From Alphaproteobacteria bacterium (lineage in GTDB: Bacteria; Pseudomonadota; Alphaproteobacteria; SP197), in NCBI GenBank assembly GCA_965228895.1, contig OZ245842.1, positions 352,001-416,000 on the forward strand: a stretch of 64,000 nt of DNA. The letters are read 5' to 3'. The notes under the pieces were generated by a model that made no database searches, was not told the DNA's origin, and was given only the letters and a program-made list of their open reading frames with translations. The position numbers and the translations under genes were made by a program. Shown piece after piece: positions 50,848 through 59,962 of this stretch; position 1 is the stretch's first letter, and each line of letters opens with the position of its first letter.

Positions 50848-53046
50848 CTAGAGGGGAGGCACCGGCCGCACGCTAACCGGTATGTTGCCCATGCGAGGCT
50901 GACCGGTGTAGCGGTCGACGCCGTCGTCGACACGGAGCAAGCGACCAGAATTCGTGCCGCGTTCGCGGACCTGCTCGTCCTGTTCGTCTGGCAGGCCGCC
51001 ATAAGTTGGCGCCATGGATACGACGCCGGCCCGAAGACTTTCATCAGGTTGCACGATGCTCCGGATCGACCCGTACTCGGAGTGGATCTCGACCAAATCA
51101 CCTGCGGAGAGACCTGCGCGATCGAGATCGTTGGGGTGCATGAAGGCCGGGTTGTAGGGCCATTTGCGCCGCAGCCCATGGAGGTCCTGACCATTCGAGT
51201 TGTAGGTACGGATTAAACGTCCGTTGATGAGGCGATAGGGATAGCGCTCGTCTACCTCGCCGTGATCGGTTTCTACGAAACAGGCCGCTGCTTGCGCAAG
51301 ATCCGCCAACATTTCGGAGTTGGCCGCGTCAAGACGCTCGGTCCAGCCGGCCTCGCGGCCCGTCACCACCATCGACTCGTTGCGGAAGATGGCACCGTGG
51401 GGATGTTTCTTGACTTCGGCGAGCGGTATTCGCGCATCACGCGTCAGAATCTCGAAGAGCGTGTCGGTGCTCGGTCGCGACACCATGTCGAGATCGACCT
51501 TGCCGCCTGTGGAGGTTGTCCCCGGCGCGGCTGCCGGTTCGATTGCGAGGCCGAGGCCCATGCGCTGCGCCAGGGCATAGAAGAACTCCCAGTCCTCAAT
51601 GACGTCCGCGCCTTCGGGAGGCTTGACGAGTGGCGGCGTGTACTGCGCGTAGGCGTCCTTGTACCCCATTCCGGCGGCGTAGAAGCTGAACAGCTCCTGG
51701 GACAAGGTCATGCCCGCCATCTCAAGCGGAAGCTTCGGTGCAATGACATAGTCTGCAAGACGCGCCGTTGCGGAGAACTTGATGTCGATCTGCACCAGCA
51801 GATCGAGTGCCTTGAGTGCACGTACGTTGAGGTCTTGATCGGGAATGGTCAGGGCAGGGTTGCCGGCGACACTGAGGAGGGCGCGAACCTGCCCGTCTCC
51901 CTCAAGCAGGATTTCCTCTGCAAGGGCAGAGGCCTGCAGCCCGCCGTCGCAATTAGCGATATCGCGCACCCGGAGTTGCGGGCCATAACCGTAGCCGCGG
52001 CGGTGCGGCGCTTCCGCCTGTGCGACCGCGGAAAAAGGAGCCGTCAGGGTTCCGGTATGCGTCACGGGATCGCCCGCACGGCTCCACTGCCCGCAGACCG
52101 TGTTGAGGGCGAGGACCAAATACTCAAAGAGCGTGCCCTGACCGTTGAAGCTGGGAGCCGTACCGGCGGTGGCGACGCCGCAGCCCGCAGCAAAAGTCCG
52201 CGCTGCCTCCACCAGATCGGCGACCGGAACACCCGCCCGCTTCGCGACCAACTCGGGCTCGTAGTGCGCCACAGCCGCCCGCAGCGCCTCGAGGCCCGTC
52301 ACGTTTTCTTCGACAAAGTCCGCGTCGTGCAATTCTTCGCGCAGGATCACGTTCAGCATCGCCGCGACCAGGGAGAGGTCGTGGCCAGGCCGGCACTGCA
52401 GATGGATATGCGCGCGTCGAGCCGTCTCGGTCCGGCGCGGATCGATCACGATGAGACGCATTCCCCGGGCGATGGCGGCGGTCAGTTCGCGGCCCGGATT
52501 CGCGATCGGCAGACCCATCTGGAAGGAGACGAGCGGGTTGGCGCCGATCAGGAGGGTCACGTCCCGTGTCTCGAAGGCCGGCGGCGGCGCCTGCCAACGT
52601 CCATGCAGCGCCTGGGCGACGGCCTTGCCCGGCTGGTCGATGGAGTTCGCATCGAACACCAGTGAAGCTCCTATTGCCTCCATGAAGGCGAGTGCGACCG
52701 GCACGGTCGCGGGGTTCACGATGCTGTAGGTGCCCCGATAAAGCGCCACCGAGCGCGGCCCGTGCTCAGCCACGATCTCGCTCAGTCGCCCGGCGATTTC
52801 ATCGACCGCGTCGGAAAACGGTATCGGGCGGAATGTGCCGTCTGGCTTCCGCTTCTGGCTTTGAAGTAGCCGCTCGGGGTGATCCCACTGTTCGGGCACG
52901 TGCTGCCCCTTGATGCAGCAGAAACCCGCATAGGCCGGGTTATCGCGATCGCCACGAACCTTCACCGGGCGTCCGTTCTCGAGCTCCACCAGAACGCCGC
53001 AGCCATTGTCGCAGAAACGACACATCATAGGTTTCGTGGTTCTCAT
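50848..53046 (-). CDS. Molybdopterin (DMSO reductase family) oxidoreductase, cytoplasmic
   Basis: CRFCDNGCG...CIKG 4Fe-4S; GANP, VIDPRRTETA; C-terminal MHPND molydop-binding domain. Confidence 0.9.
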   Translation of the reverse strand: MRTTKPMMCRFCDNGCGVLVELENGRPVKVRGDRDNPAYAGFCCIKGQHVPEQWDHPERLLQSQKRKPDGTFRPIPFSDAVDEIAGRLSEIVAEHGPRSVALYRGTYSIVNPATVPVALAFMEAIGASLVFDANSIDQPGKAVAQALHGRWQAPPPAFETRDVTLLIGANPLVSFQMGLPIANPGRELTAAIARGMRLIVIDPRRTETARRAHIHLQCRPGHDLSLVAAMLNVILREELHDADFVEENVTGLEALRAAVAHYEPELVAKRAGVPVADLVEAARTFAAGCGVATAGTAPSFNGQGTLFEYLVLALNTVCGQWSRAGDPVTHTGTLTAPFSAVAQAEAPHRRGYGYGPQLRVRDIANCDGGLQASALAEEILLEGDGQVRALLSVAGNPALTIPDQDLNVRALKALDLLVQIDIKFSATARLADYVIAPKLPLEMAGMTLSQELFSFYAAGMGYKDAYAQYTPPLVKPPEGADVIEDWEFFYALAQRMGLGLAIEPAAAPGTTSTGGKVDLDMVSRPSTDTLFEILTRDARIPLAEVKKHPHGAIFRNESMVVTGREAGWTERLDAANSEMLADLAQAAACFVETDHGEVDERYPYRLINGRLIRTYNSNGQDLHGLRRKWPYNPAFMHPNDLDRAGLSAGDLVEIHSEYGSIRSIVQPDESLRAGVVSMAPTYGGLPDEQDEQVRERGTNSGRLLRVDDGVDRYTGQPRMGNIPVSVRPVPPL

Positions 53047-53313
53047 GAATGTCCTCCGCGGACGACCAATGCCGTTTGCTCTCGCGATGACGGCTGTAGA
53101 ATCTAACGTGAGTGTTTTCGGGTGCTAAGCGTTCTCAAGCGCACAGGACGGTTCCGACAATCAATGATGCCGAACGTGCGGGTTTGTGTTGCTTCACCCA
53201 AGAGGTTCAACGATCGGCATCGCCAGGGCTGCGGCGTTTCCTCGCCCTGTCGCCTTTCCCAAACCTCAGGATGGACCACGTCATCGGGCGAGGATCGCGC
53301 CATCAGATCAGTT

Positions 53314-53739
53314 TCAATAGAATCGACCTTCGACCCAGCTGGTCTCGTAGATCGTATAGACCTTTCGGAACACCTCATGGATTTCCCAGATCATGTCGGA
53401 CTCGGCGGGAACGAAAAAATGGTCGCCGACCGTCAGGTTCATCGCCACACCGGTGTTCGCGTCCGTAAGCGTCGCGCTGCCTTTAACGACGTGGGCGAAC
53501 TCGCTTCCGGGATAGACAACCTTGAACTTTCCAACCGGGCACTCCCACACCCCCGCGCTATAAAGCTGTGTCGGATCGCGAAAGAACACGGTCCCGCGGT
53601 GGTCGTTGGGATTGCCGGCGAGGATATCCTCCGGCGGGAAGTCGGGCCAGGGCTCAAGGGGAATGTTCGCGAGATCCCGGTCGAGCACGGTTGCGGTGTA
53701 CGAACCCATTGGTGTTTGAACAGCGAGAGCATCGCTCAT
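53314..53739 (-). CDS. Cupin (DUF861-like) protein
   Basis: GVWECPVG, EFAHVVKG, WEIHEVFRKVY. Confidence 0.85.
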   Translation of the reverse strand: MSDALAVQTPMGSYTATVLDRDLANIPLEPWPDFPPEDILAGNPNDHRGTVFFRDPTQLYSAGVWECPVGKFKVVYPGSEFAHVVKGSATLTDANTGVAMNLTVGDHFFVPAESDMIWEIHEVFRKVYTIYETSWVEGRFY

Positions 53740-53768
53740 GATAACTCCTTTCGTTTGACGTCAAACGT

Positions 53769-54899
53769 TCAACCGGCGAGCTGGACCTCTTCATACATCT
53801 TGATGTAGCGGTTCAGGACATCGGGCGGCCACGACTGCCACGGCAGTGCCTTGGCCAGGAATTCCGCGATATCACCGTCAAGGCCCATCGCCTTGAGTAT
53901 CGCCGGATCGACGATGTCGTAGGTCAGGAGGTTCGCGTGGCCGTAGCCGTAGACCTCGATCAGAAACTTGCCGGCTTCGGGTGAATTCCAGGCGTTGATG
54001 AAGTCATAGGCGGCCTGTTCATCACCTTTCCCGTTCGTGGTCATGACAAGCCCACAGGCCCAGGAAATGATCCCACCCTTGGGGTTCAGCATGTACTCGA
54101 CGGGAACGCCGGCCTCCTGGAGACGATAGACCGGCCCGCTCCAGAAGTAAGAGGCGACAACCTCGCCGGACGACATCATGGCCTCGCCGTCCGTCTCGAC
54201 CGTCCAGTAGGAACGCAGCAGCGCCTTCTGGCGCAGCAGGACCTCTTTCATCTGCTCAACCTGCTCGTTGGTGACGTCGGTCGTATCGCGAATACCGAGA
54301 ATCATCGCGGCGAAAGCGACCGCCGCATCGACGGAGTCCCACATCGACAGGCGCCCAGCATGGGATTCGTCAAGCAGAAGCTCCCACGATTTTTCTTCGG
54401 CATAGGCCGGGTCGATCACGTCCGTGCGATAGGCAATCGAGTGGGTACCCCAGTCGTTGGCCACAAAAATCGGTTGTCCGTCCGCCATCGTTCCCGGCAC
54501 ATCCCGAAGCGCCGGGATCAAATCGTCCCAGTACTGCAACCGTGATGTGTCGATCTTGTTGATGACGTCGGCGTCGTACCAGCGCTGAACGACGGTGTTG
54601 CAGGGATGAGCGACATCGGCAGCATAACCCTGGCGCAGCTTGGTGAGAGCCTCCTCCTCGTGGGCAAAAAATGTGACATCGGGCGAGCCGCCGTATTTCT
54701 CCACGTATGCCGGATGCAGTTCGGGAATCTCGTAGCCGGCCCAGGTAAAATAGGTGATCTCCTCAGCACTGCGCGCCAGGCCGGGAACCAGTGGCACGGC
54801 GACGGAAGCGAGCCCGAGCGATGCGAGATAACGGTTAAAGGCGCGACGGTCGGTTCGCGACGCGCGGATGAGATCGTGAAGTCTGCTGCTGTCCACCAA
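53769..54899 (-). CDS. Polyamine-type (PotD/PotF) ABC substrate-binding protein, Tat-like leader
   Basis: DRRAF leader; FTWAGYE, DWG, AYDFINAW. Confidence 0.85.
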   Translation of the reverse strand: MVDSSRLHDLIRASRTDRRAFNRYLASLGLASVAVPLVPGLARSAEEITYFTWAGYEIPELHPAYVEKYGGSPDVTFFAHEEEALTKLRQGYAADVAHPCNTVVQRWYDADVINKIDTSRLQYWDDLIPALRDVPGTMADGQPIFVANDWGTHSIAYRTDVIDPAYAEEKSWELLLDESHAGRLSMWDSVDAAVAFAAMILGIRDTTDVTNEQVEQMKEVLLRQKALLRSYWTVETDGEAMMSSGEVVASYFWSGPVYRLQEAGVPVEYMLNPKGGIISWACGLVMTTNGKGDEQAAYDFINAWNSPEAGKFLIEVYGYGHANLLTYDIVDPAILKAMGLDGDIAEFLAKALPWQSWPPDVLNRYIKMYEEVQLAG

Positions 54900-54985
54900 T
54901 CGGGTCCTCCCTAAACCGTAGAGCGATCGACGTGGGTGCGATCGTTTCGCGCAGCGTTGCCAATGTGGCGACTTACGTCAATAAT

Positions 54986-55003
54986 TATTTATCAAAATAA
55001 ATA
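54986..55003. promoter_or_regulatory. Putative TetR/BetI operator
   Basis: Inverted repeat TATTTAT-CAAA-ATAAATA in the divergent intergenic region. Confidence 0.55.
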
Positions 55004-55174
55004 GTTACTGATAAGCCATATATTGCAATGTGTTGACGGCATCGTGATCGGCATCCATGATCCCTGGCTTGGTCGCTATGACGTGATCAAGCTCGACGGC
55101 TGCAAGGTTTGACGATCCGTCGCGACGGCTTTGATGTGCCGGAAAAGATCGGAATTTTGGTGCTGGGAAAGCCA

Positions 55175-55909
55175 ATGGGAACGAGCAAACGTGTTGGACG
55201 GCGCGTAGAACAAGTCCAAGTCGCCTTGTCGCGAGGCAAGTCGCATTCGTGCGACAAGGCAGTGCGATGGCAACGCAAGTCACGGGCCGACCGACGGCAG
55301 AGTCTTATCGACGCGACGATCAGGGTTATCGCCGCATACGGTATCAGCGATTGCAGCCTTGAGCGGGTCGCTGCAGCCGCGGGCGTATCACATGGTCTGA
55401 TCCGGCACTATTTCGGCGGTAAGGGCGCGCTGCTTGTGGCCGCCTATCAGGAGCTTGCTGATACGTTCCTGGCGACGCTCGATGAGGCCGTTCGCGCGTG
55501 CGACGGCGACGCCATGGCTTGCCTGGATGCCTATGTCGAGGTTGTCCATGATCCATTTGTCGTCAGCGAAGACCATGCGCTCTCCTGGTTTGGCCTGTGG
55601 TACGAGGCGCGCAGCAATCCCGAAGTTCATGCCATCAACAGGGAGTTCCAGGCCCAGTACCTCGACTACATAGAGAATCTCGTACGGATGGCCGCGACAG
55701 AGCGAGGCATCGATGTCGATGTCCAACTCGTCGCGCGGGGCTTGGTCGCACTGACAGATGGTCTGTGGCAGGAACTCATGATCGACCACACGGCATTTGG
55801 CACGCAGGTCGCCAAGGAGGTCTGCGATGATTATCTGGCCCGCCATTTCGATCCGGGCTGCAAGGCTAAATCGCGGTCGTTGGCAGGGTCGGCGAGCGTA
55901 AGCCGATGA
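55175..55909 (+). CDS. TetR-family regulator with BetI-type C-terminus
   Basis: RRQSLIDAT...VAAAAGVSHGLIRHYFGGK; ALTDGLW; start uncertain. Confidence 0.85.
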   Translation: MGTSKRVGRRVEQVQVALSRGKSHSCDKAVRWQRKSRADRRQSLIDATIRVIAAYGISDCSLERVAAAAGVSHGLIRHYFGGKGALLVAAYQELADTFLATLDEAVRACDGDAMACLDAYVEVVHDPFVVSEDHALSWFGLWYEARSNPEVHAINREFQAQYLDYIENLVRMAATERGIDVDVQLVARGLVALTDGLWQELMIDHTAFGTQVAKEVCDDYLARHFDPGCKAKSRSLAGSASVSR

Positions 55910-55967
55910 CAGCGCTGTCGTTCAAGCGCCACCGGTTCTCACCCACCAACGAGAGAGAGTAGGCACC

Positions 55968-57200
55968 ATGAACGTCATCTCCTGCGGCCCGCGCACCGAT
56001 GACATCTGGCGCACCGTGTCCGACGAGGTTCTGGAGCGGCTGGGCCGCGACACCGCCGAAGCCCGCGGCCTGCCCAACGCCGCCTTCACGGACGCCGACT
56101 TTCTTGAACTGGAGAAGAAGCGTCTGTTCGCGCGCAGTTGGGTCTTTGCCGCCCCGGCGAGCCTGATACCGGGTCACGGCGACGTCCTGCCGCTCAGGAT
56201 CGCCGGTCGGCCCGTGATCCTCGTGCGTGACGGCGACGGTACGGTCCGCGCATTCCACAACGTCTGTCCGCACCGTGGCACCCGTCTCGTGACCGAGGGG
56301 AAGCGCGGTAAGGCGGTGCTTACCTGTCCCTACCACGCGTGGTCCTTCGGCCTAGACGGCACGCTTAATGGCCGTCCACACTATCACGGTCCCAACCAGC
56401 ACGAGACCGGACCCGCCAACGAAGCGGGTCAGCCCTGCCTGTTCGAGATCCGCAGCGCGACATGGCACGACTGGGTTTTCGTGAATCTCGACGGCGAGGC
56501 CGAGCCGTTCGAGTCCTTTATCGCTCCAGTCGAACAGCAGTTCGAGGGATACGACCTCTCCACCTTTCGCCGCGAAGAGCGCGAAATGCGGTTCGAGTTC
56601 GCGAGCAACTGGAAACTCGTTGCCGAGAACTACTGCGACTTCTACCACGTGTTTTCCGTTCATCCCGCGCTTGACGCTGCCATGTCGCCGCAGATGCGGC
56701 GGGCGATGTGGCCGGGCGGCTGCCACATGTTCAACGGCTACAGCTTCGAGGGCAGCGGCATCACCATCGAAGACGAAGCCCTGAATCTGCCCAAGCAGCC
56801 CGGTCTTCCGCCGGACCGAACCAGCAGCATGGTCTTCGGCCTGGTCTTCCCCAATGTCGCGATTAACGTCTACCCTGAGAGCCTGCAGTTCTCGCTGTTC
56901 GAGCCGGCCGGAGTCGACCGCACGATCATGCGCATGTGGTTCTATTACGTGGCAGATGCGGCAGAACATCCCGACTTCGCTGCAGCCCGCGACCGCGTCT
57001 ACAACGAATGGGCAGCGCTGAACGCTGAGGACGAGGGTATCTGCCGGCAGCTTCAGGAAGGCCGCGCATGCGAGGCCTATGATGGCGGCCGGATGGCACC
57101 CTACTGGGACAGCGGAACGATCCATTTCCACAAGCAGATTGCACTCGCGATCCGTCATGAGGGCGCATTTTCTGCGGCAACGTCCACAGGCGATCGGTGA
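55968..57200 (+). CDS. Rieske oxygenase alpha subunit, R7
   Basis: CPHRG...CPYH; ENYCDFYHVFSVH; YDGGRMAPYWD; paralog of R3. Confidence 0.9.
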   Translation: MNVISCGPRTDDIWRTVSDEVLERLGRDTAEARGLPNAAFTDADFLELEKKRLFARSWVFAAPASLIPGHGDVLPLRIAGRPVILVRDGDGTVRAFHNVCPHRGTRLVTEGKRGKAVLTCPYHAWSFGLDGTLNGRPHYHGPNQHETGPANEAGQPCLFEIRSATWHDWVFVNLDGEAEPFESFIAPVEQQFEGYDLSTFRREEREMRFEFASNWKLVAENYCDFYHVFSVHPALDAAMSPQMRRAMWPGGCHMFNGYSFEGSGITIEDEALNLPKQPGLPPDRTSSMVFGLVFPNVAINVYPESLQFSLFEPAGVDRTIMRMWFYYVADAAEHPDFAAARDRVYNEWAALNAEDEGICRQLQEGRACEAYDGGRMAPYWDSGTIHFHKQIALAIRHEGAFSAATSTGDR

Positions 57201-57366
57201 GCCTCCGGGAGCGTTGACGTCTTTGTGAGCGTCGGCGGTCCCGTTCTCGGAGCGGCTGACCAAATATGGACGGTAATGTTAGAACGCCAATCCGACGGAT
57301 CAGCGCTGAGAACCTCTCATCGCGCGCGCCGCGCCGACCCGGCGCGGGCCGCCGGCCCGAACCCGC

Positions 57367-57789
57367 TCAACCGGCCGTGTACGGTGCAACCTCATTGTCG
57401 CGTTGAGGCAGACCGTCCGTAATCTCGTAGTAGCAGCCTTTGCTGCTCGCATAGGCGTGATTGGTCATGTAGAGGGAGTTGGGCTCGTCAACCGATGCTG
57501 CCAAGAGCGCCAAAAAATCGTCGTCGTTGCTTCGCCAGAACAGGGTCGAACCGCAAACCGAGCAAAATCCGCGCTCACCGGCATCAGTCGCACTGAACCA
57601 TGACACGGATTCCGCACCTTCGATCTCTGTTCGGCTGGTCCTGCCATCGACAAAAGCGTAGCGGTGGCCGGATTGCTTCCGGCACTGTGAACAATGGCAT
57701 TCGATTACCTGAGGCCGAACGCCGGCGGCGCGGTAACGCACAGCACCGCAGTAACAGCCTCCGGTCACCTTACATGTCGATTTTTCCAT
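57367..57789 (-). CDS. GFA (CENP-V/Gfa) family protein
   Basis: GGCYCGAVRY, CHCSQCRK, RGFCSVCGS. Confidence 0.88.
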   Translation of the reverse strand: MEKSTCKVTGGCYCGAVRYRAAGVRPQVIECHCSQCRKQSGHRYAFVDGRTSRTEIEGAESVSWFSATDAGERGFCSVCGSTLFWRSNDDDFLALLAASVDEPNSLYMTNHAYASSKGCYYEITDGLPQRDNEVAPYTAG

Positions 57790-58055
57790 CTGGTCTCCTT
57801 GTCGCTCGATTTGGCATTGTGCGAACGCAGTTACAGCAACATCGACGATCCGCGTTCTGCTATGCATGTCGAACGTTGCGATCTGCACGTCCTTCAACTC
57901 ATTGGCTTTTGGCTGTGGCCTTAGCGGATTGCTGATATGACCGAGGTTGCGATTCCGCTTACGTCGATACCTTTCAGTGTTGCACAGCCATTACATCGCC
58001 TGCAAAGATCGGTGGGACTGACCACAGGCAGCACAGCATTGCAGCTAGCCGACAA

Positions 58056-59009
58056 ATGACAGTAGCGAATGACACCGTCCATTGTGGAGGTTGCCTTTGT
58101 GGTGCCATGCGCTATTCCGCAACTTTCGGCGCTTCCAAGACGGCCGCCCATTGCCATTGCGACATGTGCCGCAAGGTGTCTGGTGGCACATTCACAACGT
58201 GGGTCGAGTTTCAGGCCGAGACGTTTAGGATCACCAACGGCGATCCTGTCCGATTTCGGTCCTCCGATCTTGCAGAGCGAATGTTCTGTGGGCGCTGCGG
58301 GTGCCAGCTGACGTTTCACGCGGTGGGTGATCCCAAGGGTCCACCCGGATCGATTTGGATCACGCTTGGCAGCCTTGACAGGCCAGACGCGATTGAACCC
58401 ACTCAGCAAATATTCACAGATAACCAACTCCCTTGGCTGCACCTCAGTGATGCTTTGCCGCAGTGGTCAACGCAGATGCCCTGGATTAGAACGGACGAAG
58501 AGTTACCTCATCAGACAACATCAAACGCAGAAACAACTCACCCCCATGCTGCATCTCGAATGCAGAGCGAAACGCGTGGGGGCGGGTGCCTTTGTGGTTC
58601 AATACGTTACCGCTACGCTTGCGGCGGTACCGAGCGCACCGGTCATTGCCACTGCCACATGTGCCGAAAGTCGACGGGCGCGACACTGGTCAGCTGGACC
58701 TATGTCCCGTCAAAGAGCTTTGATTTTGTCAAAGGTAAACCAACGCGTACTCGGTCATCGCGACTAGCAGAGCGAACATTTTGCGGAACATGCGGCTGCC
58801 ACTTTACGGTTCAGGCAATGAGTGAATCAGACGCCGCTGCGGATGACCTGCGGATCAGTGTTGGTAGTCACGATCGGCCGCAAGACCTCCACCCTTCATT
58901 TCATATGTTTACCAATGAAAAGCTGACCTGTAACCGAACTGATGACGGCCTGAACCGCTGGCCGAATGAGCCTGCCAATCTTTACACGCGAGACGACCAT
59001 GTAAACTGA
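58056..59009 (+). CDS. Protein with two tandem GFA domains
   Basis: GGCLCG..RY / HCHC.MCRK / FCG.CG motif set occurs twice. Confidence 0.85.
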   Translation: MTVANDTVHCGGCLCGAMRYSATFGASKTAAHCHCDMCRKVSGGTFTTWVEFQAETFRITNGDPVRFRSSDLAERMFCGRCGCQLTFHAVGDPKGPPGSIWITLGSLDRPDAIEPTQQIFTDNQLPWLHLSDALPQWSTQMPWIRTDEELPHQTTSNAETTHPHAASRMQSETRGGGCLCGSIRYRYACGGTERTGHCHCHMCRKSTGATLVSWTYVPSKSFDFVKGKPTRTRSSRLAERTFCGTCGCHFTVQAMSESDAAADDLRISVGSHDRPQDLHPSFHMFTNEKLTCNRTDDGLNRWPNEPANLYTRDDHVN

Positions 59010-59119
59010 GATCAAATCGAGAAATGACGTCGAGACGGCCGCTTTGTCCGCGATCCTCGTCGGTCGCGTCGACCCTAGATCTCCGTCCGACCGGCAGTCG
59101 AAACATCAAGGAAGCAGGA

Positions 59120-59941
59120 ATGCCCATGTCCGATCAACCCCACGATAACGAGTACGACGACAACGTGGTCGCATCGCTCCAACTAATCTATGGCGATGGC
59201 TTTATCGCGCCGGGTGGACCGGAGGAAGTTCCTAACATCGTCAAAGGTATCGACCTGAAAGGTAAACTCGTGCTCGATATCGGCTGTGGCATCGGTGGTA
59301 TCGACGTCCTGCTAGCGCGCGACTACGGCTGTGATGTTATTGGCCTTGATGTTGAGGCCCCCTTACTTGGCAGCGCACGCGAGCGCGCGGCATCAAGCGG
59401 CTTGAGCGATCGCATTGAGTTCCGCCTGGTCGAGCCTGGCCCCCTGCCGCTTGATGACCAATGTGTTGATGTTGTCTTCAGCAAAGATGCGTGGATACAT
59501 GTCTCTGACAAACAAGCGCTTCTTTCTGATGTCTATCGCGTACTGCGGCCCGGCGGCTGGGTTCTGGCTGCCGATTGGTGCTGTGGCCCTGATCCCTTTA
59601 GCGCCGACATGGAGTACTTCTTCGAGCTTGAAGGCTTGACCTATCACATGGTGACTCTTGACTACTACGGCAGTGCACTACGCGATTGTGGCTTCGTCGA
59701 CGTTGAATTGAGAGACATTACAGATCGGTTCAAATCTCTGTCGCAGGGTCAGTATGATCGTATTACTGGGCCGTTGGACGGCCGACTGCGCGAGTTGTTA
59801 GGTGACAAAGGCGCCGAGAGAATTGTCGAAAACTGGCGCCAACTCTTTGTCGTCATCGACAACGGCGAGCTGCGGCCAGGGCATATGCGAGCCCGCAAGC
59901 CCGTTCTTTCGCAACAATCAGTGTCCCTGGGATCAGGGTGA
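59120..59941 (+). CDS. SAM-dependent methyltransferase (phosphoethanolamine/sarcosine N-methyltransferase-like)
   Basis: LIYGDGFIAPGG, VLDIGCGIGG, FSKDA, RVLRPGG. Confidence 0.85.
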   Translation: MPMSDQPHDNEYDDNVVASLQLIYGDGFIAPGGPEEVPNIVKGIDLKGKLVLDIGCGIGGIDVLLARDYGCDVIGLDVEAPLLGSARERAASSGLSDRIEFRLVEPGPLPLDDQCVDVVFSKDAWIHVSDKQALLSDVYRVLRPGGWVLAADWCCGPDPFSADMEYFFELEGLTYHMVTLDYYGSALRDCGFVDVELRDITDRFKSLSQGQYDRITGPLDGRLRELLGDKGAERIVENWRQLFVVIDNGELRPGHMRARKPVLSQQSVSLGSG

Positions 59942-59962
59942 TCAGCGCGCCGTGACAGTGCG

